In this document: positions 27,158-39,299 of the stretch, in pieces
Position numbering within the stretch: the stretch's first letter is position 1
Layout of the letters: every line of letters starts with the position of its first letter
Assembly (NCBI RefSeq): GCF_963921235.1
Contig: NC_086107.1
Location: 96,970,001 to 97,034,000, forward strand
Reading direction: 5' to 3'
DNA: 64,000 bases
Origin: Mobula hypostoma
Taxonomy: Eukaryota
Made by a program: the position numbers and the translations under genes
Notes under the pieces: model-generated
The model's database searches: none
What the model was told of the DNA's origin: nothing
What the model saw: the letters and a program-made list of their open reading frames with translations, nothing else

Positions 27158-27955
27158 CAATGTTCCCACTAATTTGTAATGACCTGCGTGTACAAAAATC
27201 TTATGCTGTGCAATTTTTTGGCCAGTGGCAAGAACATGTGCACACTGAATTTTATATCTCGAGGTATTCGTTTTAACACTCAGCAAAACACTGTCAATAA
27301 GAACTTTGATCTCTTCTGGGTTTGTTCATTTTCATTCTTGTTCATCTGCCCTCTCACAAAACATATGGCAGGCCTGTAACGGGTAACAAAGGATTTTCTC
27401 GCCAGAGCTTCTTCACATCGTCCATATGTGGTTTGCTTTCTAAGTAATACTTTAAAAAGTCAAATTTCCAAATATCACTCTACTTCTTCCCACTTGCAAA
27501 TTCTCCAGCAACTTTTGCATCGTGACAATACATGCAGACAACACCAGTTTCTGCATTGTACAGAAATATTTCTCATAGCTGCACATTCCTGACCTCATGA
27601 GCTTTTGCTGTTGCAGTTTTTACTGTTTCATTAAGCCATTCCACTTTAAATGAACTAGTAGTTCTTTTACGCTTCATACCCTTTGCTTCTTTGGAATTTG
27701 ACATAGTGAATTAATAACTTCTTCAATAAAAACAGTATAAATAAGCCAGTTCTAAAATCTGCAGACAAATCATCACAAGCTCCACATGGTCAACACCATC
27801 TGCATCAGAAACTGGAAAAGGAGCTATGAGTGTGTACGACTGTGAAATATACTTCACGTGCCAACAAGGTAGAGGGTGACAACCTTTGGTGCACAGTTTG
27901 AACTCCTTTGTGCACTAGTAGCGAAGGATGTGTCTGCACGCACACACACGCATTG
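27158..27955 (-). mobile_element. Internally deleted hAT-family DNA transposon inserted in the RTE LINE
   Basis: Starts caatgttccc and ends cattg. Degenerate 8-bp TSD gtacggaa/gtgtgaaa splits the RTE frame KLSSFHT|MSLQKILRI. The minus frame from ATG 27704 reads MSNSKEAKGMKRKRTTSSFKVEWL...CMYCHD...FASGKK*SDIWKFDFL...SKPH, like the N-terminal zinc finger of hAT transposases. Confidence 0.7.
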
Positions 27956-28579
27956 GTGTGAAATGACGACAGCTTGGCAAGATTGCTCTCTGTCACGTGC
28001 CAGCACTCTGATCTGTACAAGAATGTGGACAGAACGCAGCTCTCATACAGCTTCACCTTGGTGTGGATGTTGTTCTTGGTTGAATCCCATATGTTGCTCA
28101 TTGTGCTGAAGTTGTTGCTAGCTTTGCTGAGCCTGTGCTGGACGTTGTCCTCAGTTCTACCATCTTGCGGAATCATGCTGCCCAGGCAGGTGAATCTGCC
28201 GGTGCTGGGTAAGCTGACGCTGTAGGCCTTATCGGGATGAGGAGACTCTACATTGAGGGTCATGGTAGCAGTCTTTCTTCGACTGACTCTGAGTTCAGCC
28301 TGTTCACCAAAGATACACAGGCATTGAGTTTTCTCTTGCATGTGCTGGTATGCTTATGTGATAGTAATACTAGGTTATCTGCAAAGTCAAGGTCTTCTAA
28401 AGTAGAGAATAGAGTCCACCTAATGCCTCTCTGCTTATCCTTCATTGTTTGCCTCATAACCCAGTCAATCGCCAGGTTAAACAATATTGCTGACATTACA
28501 CGGCCTTGCCTGACTCCTGTCTTAACCTCGAAGCTCAAGTTGCCGCCCCCAGCTGTGCTAGTGAAGTTAACACAGAAAC

Positions 28580-28734
28580 ACGAGGAATTCTGCAGATGCT
28601 GGAAATTCAAGCAACACACATCAAAGTTGCTGGTGAACGCAGCAAGCCAGGCAGCATCTCTAGGAAGAGGTACAGTCGACGTTTCAGGCTGAGACCCTTC
28701 GTCAGGACTAACTCACCAGCAAGTTTGATGTGTG
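28580..28734 (-). mobile_element. Penelope-derived short element inserted in the RTE LINE
   Basis: Same repeat as 56930-57153 with a truncated inverted arm (tcaccagcaagtttgatgtgtg). Imperfect TSD ttaacacagaaac (28567-28579) / ttagcatagaaac (28735-28747). Confidence 0.8.
28673..28710 (-). ncRNA. Minimal type I hammerhead ribozyme motif in a Penelope-derived repeat
   Basis: Minus strand reads UAGUC-CUGACGA-AGG(GUCUCAG)CCU-GAAA-C-GUC^GACUG. Core boxes CUGANGA and GAAA, GUC cleavage triplet, stem I UAGUC/GACUG, stem II AGG/CCU, palindromic ACGU in place of stem III. Confidence 0.75.
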
Positions 28735-31700
28735 TTAGCATAGAAACTCTGGATGAGCTGGTCAATTTTGGAAAGGATCCCATATGATCTGAGAATTTGC
28801 CAGATGCCCTCTCTGTGGAAGCTGTCAAAAGCCCTTTGAAAGTCTGCAAAGTTCACCCATGGTTATCTCTGCCACTCTGTGAACTGTGAACTGTTCACAC
28901 TGTTACGCAGTGTGAAGATCTGGCCGACCAATCTCTGTTCTTCCTATAGCCAGTTTGCCCATTCCTCAAGCACACGTTGACAGCATCTGTAATCTGCTGG
29001 ACAAATCTTTGGCGAGAACCTTGCTAGGCACTGACAAAAGTGCGATGCTACACCAGTTGTTGTAATCACTTAGCACTCCTTTCTTGGGGATCCTAACAAC
29101 AACTCTCTTAGTCCAGTTCTTCGGGATGTCCCCATTCCCAGATGATAGTAAATAGTGTTGCATAATGGCTGTTGTAACTTTTGGTTCAGTCTCGAATAGT
29201 TCGGCATTCATATCATCATGTCCTGGAGCTTTGCTGATCTGTAATGATTTGATCGCAGCAATGATCTCTTCTTTCTTGGGAGGATCTGTGTTAATGTCAA
29301 GGTCTTCTGCTGCCTCTTGTATGCCAGGTTCTTTATTTTGTGGTGGTTTATTCAGTAATTCTCTGAAATACTCTGTCTATCATGCTTCTTGCTCTTCCTC
29401 AGTTGTCAAAAGCAGACTCTTCTTGTCTCTCATGGGACCATTGGACCTGGCCTAGAACTCCCCACACAACAATCTTGAAATATTTTATACATTTTCTTGG
29501 TTACCTCAATTAACTGCTTCTTCATCCTGCACTGCAACTTCGTCCATGTAGATCCTCTTATCCTTTCTTACAAGTCTCTTCACTTTCTTGTTAGCTTCAG
29601 TATATGCTAGTTGAAGTTTCACCTTCAGTCATGTTGACATTACATCTAGCACTTTCTTCTTAATTTTCCATCAAGGCTGTCCATGTTTCCTGCTGTATCT
29701 ACTCGTTGTTCTTTCCAGCTCTGCATTTTAGACAAGCCTGGCTGCTCTCCCTGAAGACTGAGGCAATCTGTTTCCACATTGTGTCAATCCTGTCTACTGA
29801 CACATCATCGTCAAAGTCTTGTAAGCCCTGGAGTCTGTTCTTCAGCTGAAGGTATCTTTGAGCTTCTCAACATCAAAATGTCTTTGCACATGCTTTCTGG
29901 TTCCACTGCTTCTCAGCTTGAGTTACATCACTGCTACAACAAGATGGTGATCATTTCCTCCCTTCACCTTTACGTCCTGCAAGGATTGTCTCCCTGTACC
30001 ATTGATCATCAAATAGTCAGTCTGGTTCTTGTTGCGTCCATTGGGTGAGCACCATGTCAGGTTGTGGATGTCAGGGTCCCTCCCATGACTAGATTGTTCA
30101 TGGCACAGAATTCCACCAGTCTTTCACCATTGTTATTCATCGTTCCACATCCATGACCCTAGTGAACTGTGAGCTGTAATTTCCCACTTGGGCGTTTAGA
30201 TCTCCTGTGACGATTATGTTGTGGTGTGGCGTTAACTCTACCTCCGATTGCAGCTGTTCAGAGAAGATGTCCTTTTCTTCATTGTTATTATTTTTAGTTG
30301 GAACATCACTGTCATGTTCACCTGCTTCCCTTTCAGTCTGACGCTCATCAGCTCATCAGCCTACTCTTGATTGGTTTCCACTCCAGCCAGCACTTCTCAA
30401 TGCCATTCATCAAAATGACAGCTGCACCACCATGATACTGACCATCCTCCCTTCCTGAGTACAAAACTGCCTTTAGTCTGCCAGACCCTGTCCATCTGCT
30501 TTCACACTGACACCCAGTATATGTGTAGGTTGTAACGATGCATTTCTGCAGTTATTTGCGCTAGCTTATGCTATTTTTCGTTCATATATTCTAGAAACCA
30601 ATTCTGTTTTTGGCAATATTCAGGCCTTCCTTCATCATGCCAGTAGCTTCCTCTCAGTCTGCTTTACTATTATCCATGCAAGAACCCGGTAGAGACTCAG
30701 GAACACCATCACACATACAGATGTAGAAGGATTCTTCACTGCTGATTCTGTAACAGTTTTGTTTGACCAGTCCAGGTTGTTAGCCCTAGGCTGAGCCCTC
30801 AAACCTGGAGGACTCTTAGTCTGGCCTCTACCCTTTAGCAAGGGTGACCCAACCAAGAGCCAAAGCATAAAGCCCTGACTCCAGCCAGCATAACTCTCCA
30901 GGTCACTGAGGCACTCAAGCCTCCAAGCTACGACAAGGTTGTGCTCTTCCTGGAGGAATGAAAGTCAGCGTCCCGAACTAAATGACTGAAGTGGTGCCAG
31001 CGGTGGCAGTGAAAAGTTGAGGGGCCAGGCCAAGCTTATGTAACCTCCCGGCTCGGTACAGTCTGGGATGAGGTTCGGTGGGGGACCAAGTGTTCAAGTG
31101 CGCCTGCACACGCACACTGCAGCTTCTGTACAGAATTATTGCCTTGCGGCAACAAAATCAGGCTTAATTAAAAATAGCTATGTACAGCTACTGCTTTAGT
31201 AAAGGGGAAACAATGGGACATTGCTGATCACCGCATTATCTGAATAAAATAAAGAGAAGAATATCTCAAAGACCCTGGAGCAACCTGGGATGTCCTGATG
31301 AGATTGATGGGCACAGACTTTCCCTTCCCTAGAGAGCAACACTTCATCATCTATAAGCATGCTTTGACATACTGCCTCTACTTTCAATAGAACAGAACTC
31401 CCACCCCCCCCTCCCCAATTCCCCAGAGGACCACCTAGGCTTTTCTCAAGATGCCGAGCTAGCACAAATGACTCACAGCGGGAAATGTTGCAAATAACAA
31501 AACTCAGTGAAGCAAGACTGCAACAGACACAAAGGGCAAGACTTCATCTCAGTTCCCACTGGTTCTTAGAACCATTGACTGAACTGTTGGCTCCTTTCAC
31601 ACTATGGTTCTTCTTCAGGAGAGGAAGATTAACAAGCTGAGTCAAATCCAGTTGTAAACAAGTTGCAGTACAGATTACACAGCAATCATCACACCACTCT

Positions 31701-31884
31701 GCTGCTTTGGGCCCGTTACTGCATTTGCTGTTGTATTTATTTTTGATGTGTACACCGTTTACTCCATGAACTGCATGCAGCTGGTGTCTAAACAGCCAAA
31801 GCAATGAATTCATTATCATGTTCAAGTGGAAGCTTGTTCTGAGCTCCAGGGAGCGACTGGAAACGGAACTGATGGATGGGCCCA

Positions 31885-32122
31885 GAGCAACACACACACA
31901 AATCACTGCAGGAACTCAGCAGCGTAGGCAGCATCTATGGAAAAGAGTCAACAGTCGACATTTCAGGCCGAGACGCTGCTTCAGGACTCAAGAAGGGTCT
32001 CAGCCTGAAACTGACGGTTTACTCTTTTCCATAAAGGCTGCCTGCCCTGCCGAGTTCCTCCAGCATTTTGTACGTATGTGTGTGTTGCTTTGGATTTCCA
32101 GCATCGGCAGACTTTTTCATGT
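31885..32122. repeat. Older palindromic copy of the Penelope-derived repeat
   Basis: Forward arm (gcaacacacac...ggaactcagcag...cagtcgacatttcaggccgagac) followed by a reverse arm (gaagggtctcagcctgaaac...gagttcctccagcattttg). Confidence 0.75.
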
Positions 32123-32588
32123 TCGCGGATGGACCCAGGCCAGGGAGTGACCTGGACACCAGGACAGGATTTGTTTTTTAGTTTCAGGATGACTCCATGG
32201 TACAGCTGGTGGAGCTGCTGTCTCTCAGCTTCATCGATGCAGGTTTAATAGTGTCCAGGTGGAGCCTGCATCTTCCCACTGTCACTGAGTGGGTTTCCTT
32301 CAGGTCTTTGTTCCAAGGGTGTGCAGGTTGGTAGTTCTGGCCCTGGGTGTAGAGTGCAGCAGAAATGATGGAGGTGCAGGAATAGGGTATAGGAAAAATA
32401 CATGGGGGGGGGTTGGGATGAGAGTTCTCTGTAAACCAGCTTAGACGCCATGAAAAGAATAGATTCCTTCAATATAACATGGAAAGTTTAAAAACATAGA
32501 TATAGAAAATAAGAGCACGAGAGAGGGAGAGAGATATGAAGGGTCTTGGCCCGAACCAGCGATTGTTTATTCCCCTCCATCGATGCTG

Positions 32589-33648
32589 CAGCCTCCAAGA
32601 GGACTACAACCTTGTTGTAGGGTTTGGAGGCTTGTGTGCCTCAATGGTCCAGAGACCTATGCTGGCTGGAGTCAGGGCTTTATGCTTTGGCTCTTGGTAG
32701 GGTCACCCTTGCCAAGGGTAGAGGGCAGACTGAGAGTGGTCCACCGTTCCTCCAGGTTCAGGGGTTCAGCTCAGGGCTAACAACCCTGACCGATAAAACA
32801 TATGGTAACTGTCACGGAAACAGCAATGAAGAATCCTTCTAAATCTGTGTGCGACAGTATTCCTGTGTCTCCACCTGGGACTTGCATGACTGACAATAGA
32901 CAATAGACAATTGGTGCAGGAGTAGGCCATTCGGCCCTTCGAGCCAGCGCCGCCATTCACTGTGATCATGGCTGATCATCCACAATCAATACCCTGTTCC
33001 TGCCTTCTCCCCATATCCCTTGACTCCGCTATCTTTAAGAGCTCTATCTAACTCTTTCTTGAAAGAATCCAGAGACTTGGCCTCCACTGCCTTCTGAGGC
33101 AGAGCATTCCACAGAACCACAACCCTCTGTGTGAAAAAGTTTTCCCTCAACTCCGTTCTAAATGGTCTACCCCTTATTCTTAAACTGTGGCCTCTGGTTC
33201 CGGACTCCCCCAACATTGGGAACATGTTTCCTACCTCTAACGTGTCCAATCCCTTAATAATCTTATATGTTTCAATCAGATCCCCTCTCATCCTTCTAAA
33301 TTCCAGTGTATACAAGCCCAGCTGCTCCAATCTTTCAACATATGACAGTCCCGCCATCCCTGGAATTAACCCAGTGAACCTACGCTGCACTCCCTCCATA
33401 GGAAGAATGTCCTTCCTCAAATTTGGAGACCAAAACTGCACACAGTACTCCAGGTGGGGTCTGACCACGGCCTTGTACAACTGTAGAAGGACCTCTTTGC
33501 TCCTATGCTCAACCCCCCTTGTTACGACGGTAGCGAAGACCGAGAGGGTGAGCTACTGGCATGATGAAGGAAGCCCTGAACACCACCAGAGATGGAGGAC
33601 CTTCATTGGTATCCTAAATGCCAGCGGTGTAATGGGATAGAAGTAAGT
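32589..33648 (+). mobile_element. Short non-autonomous RTE derivative, split by a CR1 insertion
   Basis: Homologous to 14389-14805 over 32589-32891 and about 33524-33648. TSD atcgatgctg/atagatgctg (32579-32588 / 33649-33658). Confidence 0.82.
32892..33523 (-). mobile_element. 5'-truncated young CR1 LINE
   Basis: ORF 32986-33480 (VRPHLEYCVQFWSP...RMRGDLIETYKI...TRGHSL) and a (ctattgt)n tail. Confidence 0.92.
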
Positions 33649-34554
33649 ATAGATGCTGTCTACCCTGCTGAGACCCCAGCATTGTGTATGTTATTCAGTC
33701 ACAGCGTTATGTGTTTGAAAATTGACTTTACTGTGTGTAACAAGCATTAGTGGCCATTTCTGAATTACTTCACATTGCTCAGGAAGTTTTACCAGGCAAA
33801 TTTAAAGTAACCTTGTTATGTCATTCTGGGAATGTGATAGTACCAATATATATCGCCTTGACAGTCATTATAGAAGTGAAGGTTGCACTTAAACATGGCC
33901 CATAGTCTGAAAATAAACTGAATGTCAATACAGATTTGAGTACTAAAGTGTAACTAATAACCAGCTCCAAGAAGACAAGGCATGATATGGTGTCAGCAGT
34001 TTGGAGAGTAAAACTCCAAATCAAATTAATGAACTGAATGGTGATATTTTCTCTTAAATAAAGAGAAAAGGAAACACAATCCTAATCTGCGATTATGCAT
34101 CCTGAGAGTGTGGAAGTGGCTGGGGTAACCGTAGAGCTGTGCCCCAGGATGATCAGAGTGAAGGTGTTTAGAAGATCAAAGTAGAAGTGTCAGAGCTGGT
34201 GGTTTGAAAAGCATCAGGGATGAAGGGAGTTCAGGGTGGGAGAAAGGAGTCTGCTTCCTTTCAACGGCTGGGAAATAAGCGAGTCAGAGAATAAGAGTTC
34301 CGACAAGATTTTCGAAACGTTCAGAACGCTCTCAGAGCCAAAATCAAATCATCAGATGCACAGGTGTGGAGCTGGGAATCAGGCAAATTGTTGATGAATT
34401 CCTGACAATGCCTAGAACCACACACAGTAAAGGACATGGACAATGGTCAGTGGACTGACTCACCTGGGGTTCGGTAAAGTCAAGGTGTAGAAAGCCGCCT
34501 GGGAAGAAGCAAAGAGATGAACATGATCCTACTCAAAGAACTGACTCCCACACA

Positions 34555-35100
34555 GCCCTGTGCAGGAGTCTGAGGTACATATATACACTAGGGTGTCTCA
34601 GACTTTTGCACAGGACTGTAGTGATTTTATGTATTGCTCTGTACTGCTGCCATACAAAAAAGCAAATTTCATGACATATATGAGCGATGATAAACCTGAT
34701 TCTGATATGGGTTTCTATTGTGGATTGAGAGTGGGAAGGGGGCAAGGAGAGGGGAATCACGGTTGGGAAAAGGGGAAGGGAGAGGGGAGGGAGCAGGAAG
34801 CACCATAGAGACATTCTGTAATGATCAATTAACCAATTGTTTGGAAGCAAATGACCTTGCCTAGTGTCTCAAGGCTAGGTAGGTCTGCACCTGTGCCAAC
34901 AACCCCCTCCCCCACCCCGGCACTCCTTCTCTGCCACCTGTTCCACACCCCTCCCGCGGCGCTCCACCCTCACCATTCCCAACATCCTTTAGTGCTGCTA
35001 GATTTACAAACTAGCTCCATATTGACAAATACAGCACTGTGCAAAAGTCTTGGGCACCCTAGCTATATACATGTGCCTAAGACTTTTACACAGTGCTGTA
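34555..35100. mobile_element. Composite Tc1/mariner-like MITE bounded by two mini-palindromes; partial copies at 38925-39285 and 45575-45690
   Basis: Each end is a hairpin of the type ctgtgcaaaagtctt.ggcac...gtgcctaagactttt.cacag. The right hairpin is TA-flanked, and the interior contains a LINE-like tail (aaacctgattctga). Confidence 0.6.
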
Positions 35101-35260
35101 CAGGAGAGGAAGCAGGGTTGACATAGTTACAAACAAGAATGAAATGAAGCTATCAGGAGCTATGAACACATCTGTGAAATGTGTTTTAATAACCTCAAGG
35201 AGGAGGTGTGTAATACTTAAAAAACACTTGGACAGGTACAGGGATAGAAAAGGCCTAGAG

Positions 35261-35335
35261 CAGGGGTTCCCAACCATTTTTATGCCGTGGACCAATACCA
35301 TTGAGCAAGCAGCCAGCTGACTCAGGTTGGGAACC
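35261..35335. mobile_element. Tiny hAT-type MITE in a CR1 tail
   Basis: caggggttcccaacc...ggttgggaacc inverted ends, right end truncated. Confidence 0.5.
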
Positions 35336-36099
35336 AGAGGGGTATTGGCTAAGTGCAGGCAAATGGGACTAGCTCAGAAGGATGTTTGGGTGAGCACGGA
35401 CAAGTAGGGCTGAAGGGCCTGTTGTATAGCTCCATGAGATGAGTGTGTTAAAGCACAACATGGCGACGCAGCATATAACTCGTTAGACTGGTATCCAGAG
35501 GCCTGGATGAACAATCAAGTCCACCAAGTTCACATCATTTATAACAGTCAATAACCTTGAATTTGGAAAATCATGAACAACCATCCTTGGTAATAATCAA
35601 GATAAATAGTGCTGGACTGTTGTAAAACTTATTTGGTTCACTCATATCTTTCATGGAGGATATCAACAGCCCGGCCCTCTCTGGGCTGTATGTAATTCCA
35701 TTCTCAACCACGAGCTTGACTCTACGAAACAGCCCTGCGAGCCACTTGCGTTCAGTTACTGCCATCTTCAAATTCACTATGACGGTTGAAGACTGCAACT
35801 CATCACCATTTTCTCAAGACCATTGGGAATGCATGAAAGGAAAAGAAGCAACACACACAAAGGGAAAGAAACTTGTTTTACAGGCAGATGCTTCTGTTTG
35901 AGTTCTTACGGGATAGCCCAAGTGCAAGACGGCTAGCCTGCTCACACAAGCCTCCACAAAGAGCTCTGATTATTCATACATCTGTGAAGCTTCTATGAAG
36001 GAAATTTGAATTAATCACTTAGAACTAATAGAATCATTGTGGTCAAAATCAGGATCTGTGGCTAGCGAAGTCTATGGTGACCACTGACCATCTACTTAC

Positions 36100-36685
36100 A
36101 CTGTGACCCCAGTTAGTCAGGGTCAACCACTGTCCTAGCTGTCTAGATATGCAAGCCAGGCCAGTACAATGTGGAGAGCAAGCTGTTGCCCATGTAGCAA
36201 GCTCTCCCTCTCCATGCAACTGATGAACCCAAAGGAACGGTAGAGACCGATACAGTTTGATACCAGTAGCATCACAGGAGTTGCCAGTCAGCATTGAACT
36301 CAATGTAGGACTGTCCGAGGGACTCCAGCTCCGGAATTTTCCCTTGGGGTTTACTTCCAAAGCCTTCCCCATGAGTGGGTATAGCTGCAAGGCGCGAAGG
36401 TTTGCGATTGGAGTTTTCCTCCTCCTGGATGAGCTGCCAACCACGGTTGATGAGCCTCATCTGCTCAAAGCGACTGGTTTTAAGTCACCAGTAACCCGCC
36501 TTTGTCCCTTCTCTTGTCAGTAGAAACAGCTCTGCTGGGCTTAGTAGCTAAACCACACGTGAAGGCCGTGAGAGGGACTTGGTCGTCTGAGGCTATTTGA
36601 GATGTATGCTATTGGGAGCATTTAATAGGTAGTGGGAGCTTATCCCCACTAACTCCCCTGGCTATGAAAACCTTAAGGAACCACC
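36100..36685 (-). mobile_element. About 600-bp non-coding interspersed repeat (probable non-autonomous retroposon); second copy at 48530-49070
   Basis: Two colinear homologous copies, e.g. gagagcaagctgttg.ccatgta.ca, cttctc.tgtcagtagaaa and gtagtggga.cttatcccc...aaccttaaggaac. Confidence 0.75.
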
Positions 36686-37419
36686 TAATTACACTATTCC
36701 CTCAGTAATCCTATTGTATTCCCGGAGAGACAAGAGAACGTAGATGCTGGAATCCTGAGCAAGCGACAAACAGCTAGAGGAACTCTAGCTGGTTGGCAGC
36801 TCATCTTGGAGAAGGAACTCGGGGATGGTTGATATTTCAGGTCGAGACTGCCATCAGGACAGTGTAGAGAGGTGAAAGCCCTGTATAAAGAGGTGAGAGG
36901 GAGAAGGTAGCAGGAGCCGGCAGCAATAAGACTTAGCAAGAATCCTCTAGATTCCAGCACCTGCAGTTTCTTGTGTCTCCATTTTTCTACTCCACTGTGA
37001 AGATATGCCAACTTTGAAGAAGATTTTCTGCATTATTTGATGGGGGTTATATGAGACTCTCTCTCACTGCTCTTCCTCTGTGACTTCTGCATCTCTCTTG
37101 CTCTTTGATCACATTCTTACCAAGACCCATTAGCTATGGTTGGCCTGAGTATCCGGTCGACATTCAGGCCTAGAACCTGCAACCTTTTTGATGGTGGGAC
37201 CACTACCCTCTGGTTCTCTGGGCTGTAGCCCTTGAAGCTGATATGAAACCACCAGCTCAAATATGACAAGACAGGAAATACAAGGCAGCTTTACCAAACA
37301 AAATTCTGTCCTCTAAAAGATGAACAAGAAATAAGATGAAGGAATGCCTTGTGTACAAGTAGAAGGAAGTCAACATTTGAAGGTCCTGCAAAGAAAACCC
37401 AGAATCAAGTTAACATTAC

Positions 37420-37912
37420 TTGCAATACTCTGAGGTATTGAAGAGGGTGTAGAAGAGGTTCACTAGGATGCTGCTTGGTTTAGATGATGTGTGCTATCGT
37501 GAGAGGCTGGATAAACTTGGGTTGTTTTCTCTGGAGCAGTGGATGCTGAGGGGAAATCTGATAGAGGTTCTCAAGATTATGAGAGGCGTAGATAGTGGGC
37601 AAAGAGTATCACTTCTCAGGGTTGAAATGTCTGATACCTCAGGGCATGCATTGAAGGTGAGAAGGGGTAGGTTCAAGGGGGATGTGAGGGGTAAGTGTTT
37701 TACTCAGAGAGTGGTGGATGCCCAAAATGCACTTCCTGGTATGGCGGTAGATGTAAATACATTGGAGGTGTTTGGATGGGCACATGGATGTAAGGAAGAT
37801 GGAGGGATATGGACATGGTGTAGGTAGGAGGGATTAATATTTGGGTGTTTTTGATTTACTTTTTAGCTGGTTCAGCACAACATTGTGGGCTGAAGGGTCT
37901 GTTCTATGTTCT
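37420..37912 (+). mobile_element. CR1 3' fragment
   Basis: ORF 37468-37827 (YRERLDKLGLFSLE...FTQRVV) and a ttctatgttcta tail. Confidence 0.85.
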
Positions 37913-39299
37913 AGGCATTAATAAATAAAACAGGATGCAGCAGAATTCATCTCTGGCCTCCGAACTGTGTCCGGAGTTGTGCCATCAAGATTGAGTGTTA
38001 CAGTGACTAGGACCAGTCATTATCCCAACATGTTAACTTCTCCACAGAGCAATGTGTACATGAAGAAACAGTGACTAACCATCGAAGGAATATTATTAAC
38101 AATTCTTAAAAAAAATTGTGATAGGTAATAACAAAAAATTTTCAAGTAGATCAACTACGGAAGTTGCTGTAAGGAGGCAGATGGAAAAAGCTTTTTTTTA
38201 AAGAGAAAAGATGTGATGTTTTTGCAAGAATGGAGGGTTGAGATCTAGATTGATACAGGAATAGTATGCTTACTGTCATGCATTGCTCACTCTCACTCCA
38301 CATTCTGTGCAAAATCACACATTGTATCCGCCTGCAGCACATGATCTGTACTCTGAAAATAACCCCAGATTCGAGCCAAATTAAGAAACAGTCCTTTGGG
38401 AACAGCAGGATGTAACATTGAAAAATGCAAAAAAGAAATTTCCAAGCATGTTCCAAAAAAATCTCAATGAAGGGTCTTGGTCAGAAACATTGACTTCACT
38501 CCCCTCCACCTGATCTGCTGAGTTCCTCCAGCATTTTGTGTATGTTGCTCAATATTTCAAGCATCTGCAGAATCTCTTATGTCTGTGAACACAGCATTCA
38601 TCCGGTGCAAAGGTTTCTTTCTAAGCATCGTGGGTGACCAAAACCCAGTTTTCCAAGAATCATTGCCAACTTCAGAAGAAAAGTAGGTTTCAATGAACCG
38701 GTGCAGTTGTACAAGGTGCTGGTGAAGCTACATTTGGAGTACTGTGTACAGGTTTGGTCATGTATGATACAAACGACATGGCTAAACTGGAAGAGAGTGT
38801 AGAAAAGATTTACAAGGATGTTGTAGGACTAGAGGATCTAAGTTATAGGGAGAGATGTTGAATCTACCCCCTCTCACCTTCAATGCCATCTGGTATTAGA
38901 CATTTCAACCCTGGGAAAAAATCTTAGGCACATATTCATATCTAGGGTGCCTAAGACTTTTGCACAGTACTGTATTCATGAGCGTGGAGTGGAGAGCAAG
39001 TTTGTCAATCTGATAGGAGCAAAGGAAGTTGGGAGTACCAGGGGTGGGGTGGGGGGGGGGCGCGGTGTTGGAATGGGTGCAGACACACCCAGCCCTGAGA
39101 CACCAGGCAAGGCCATTTGATTCCAAATAATTGGTTTATTGATCATTTCAGAATGTCTCTCTGGTGTTTCCCACTCTATCCCCTCTCTCTTCCCTTTTTC
39201 CAACCATGATTCCCCTCTCCCTGCCCCCTTCCCGCTCTCAGTGCACAATAGATTCCCATATCAGAATCAGGTTTATAATACGTTTGTATAATATGATAA

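Larger units (their letters stand above)
26805..30956 (-). mobile_element. Near full-length degraded RTE-clade LINE
   Basis: Minus-strand fragments: endonuclease region near 30100-30600, IPKKGVLSDYNNW..IALLSVPSKVL, GVRQG..MSAILFNLAIDWVM, LEDLDFADN, RWIRHV..WTSEGWRKCGRSKTTWR, AKDRQRWRTFTAAL. 5' UTR at 30635-30956. Confidence 0.88.

Noticed and set aside
31168..31177. MEF2-like site TTAAAAATAG in a unique stretch
   Set aside because: A single 10-mer is expected by chance in 64 kb, and no conservation data are available.
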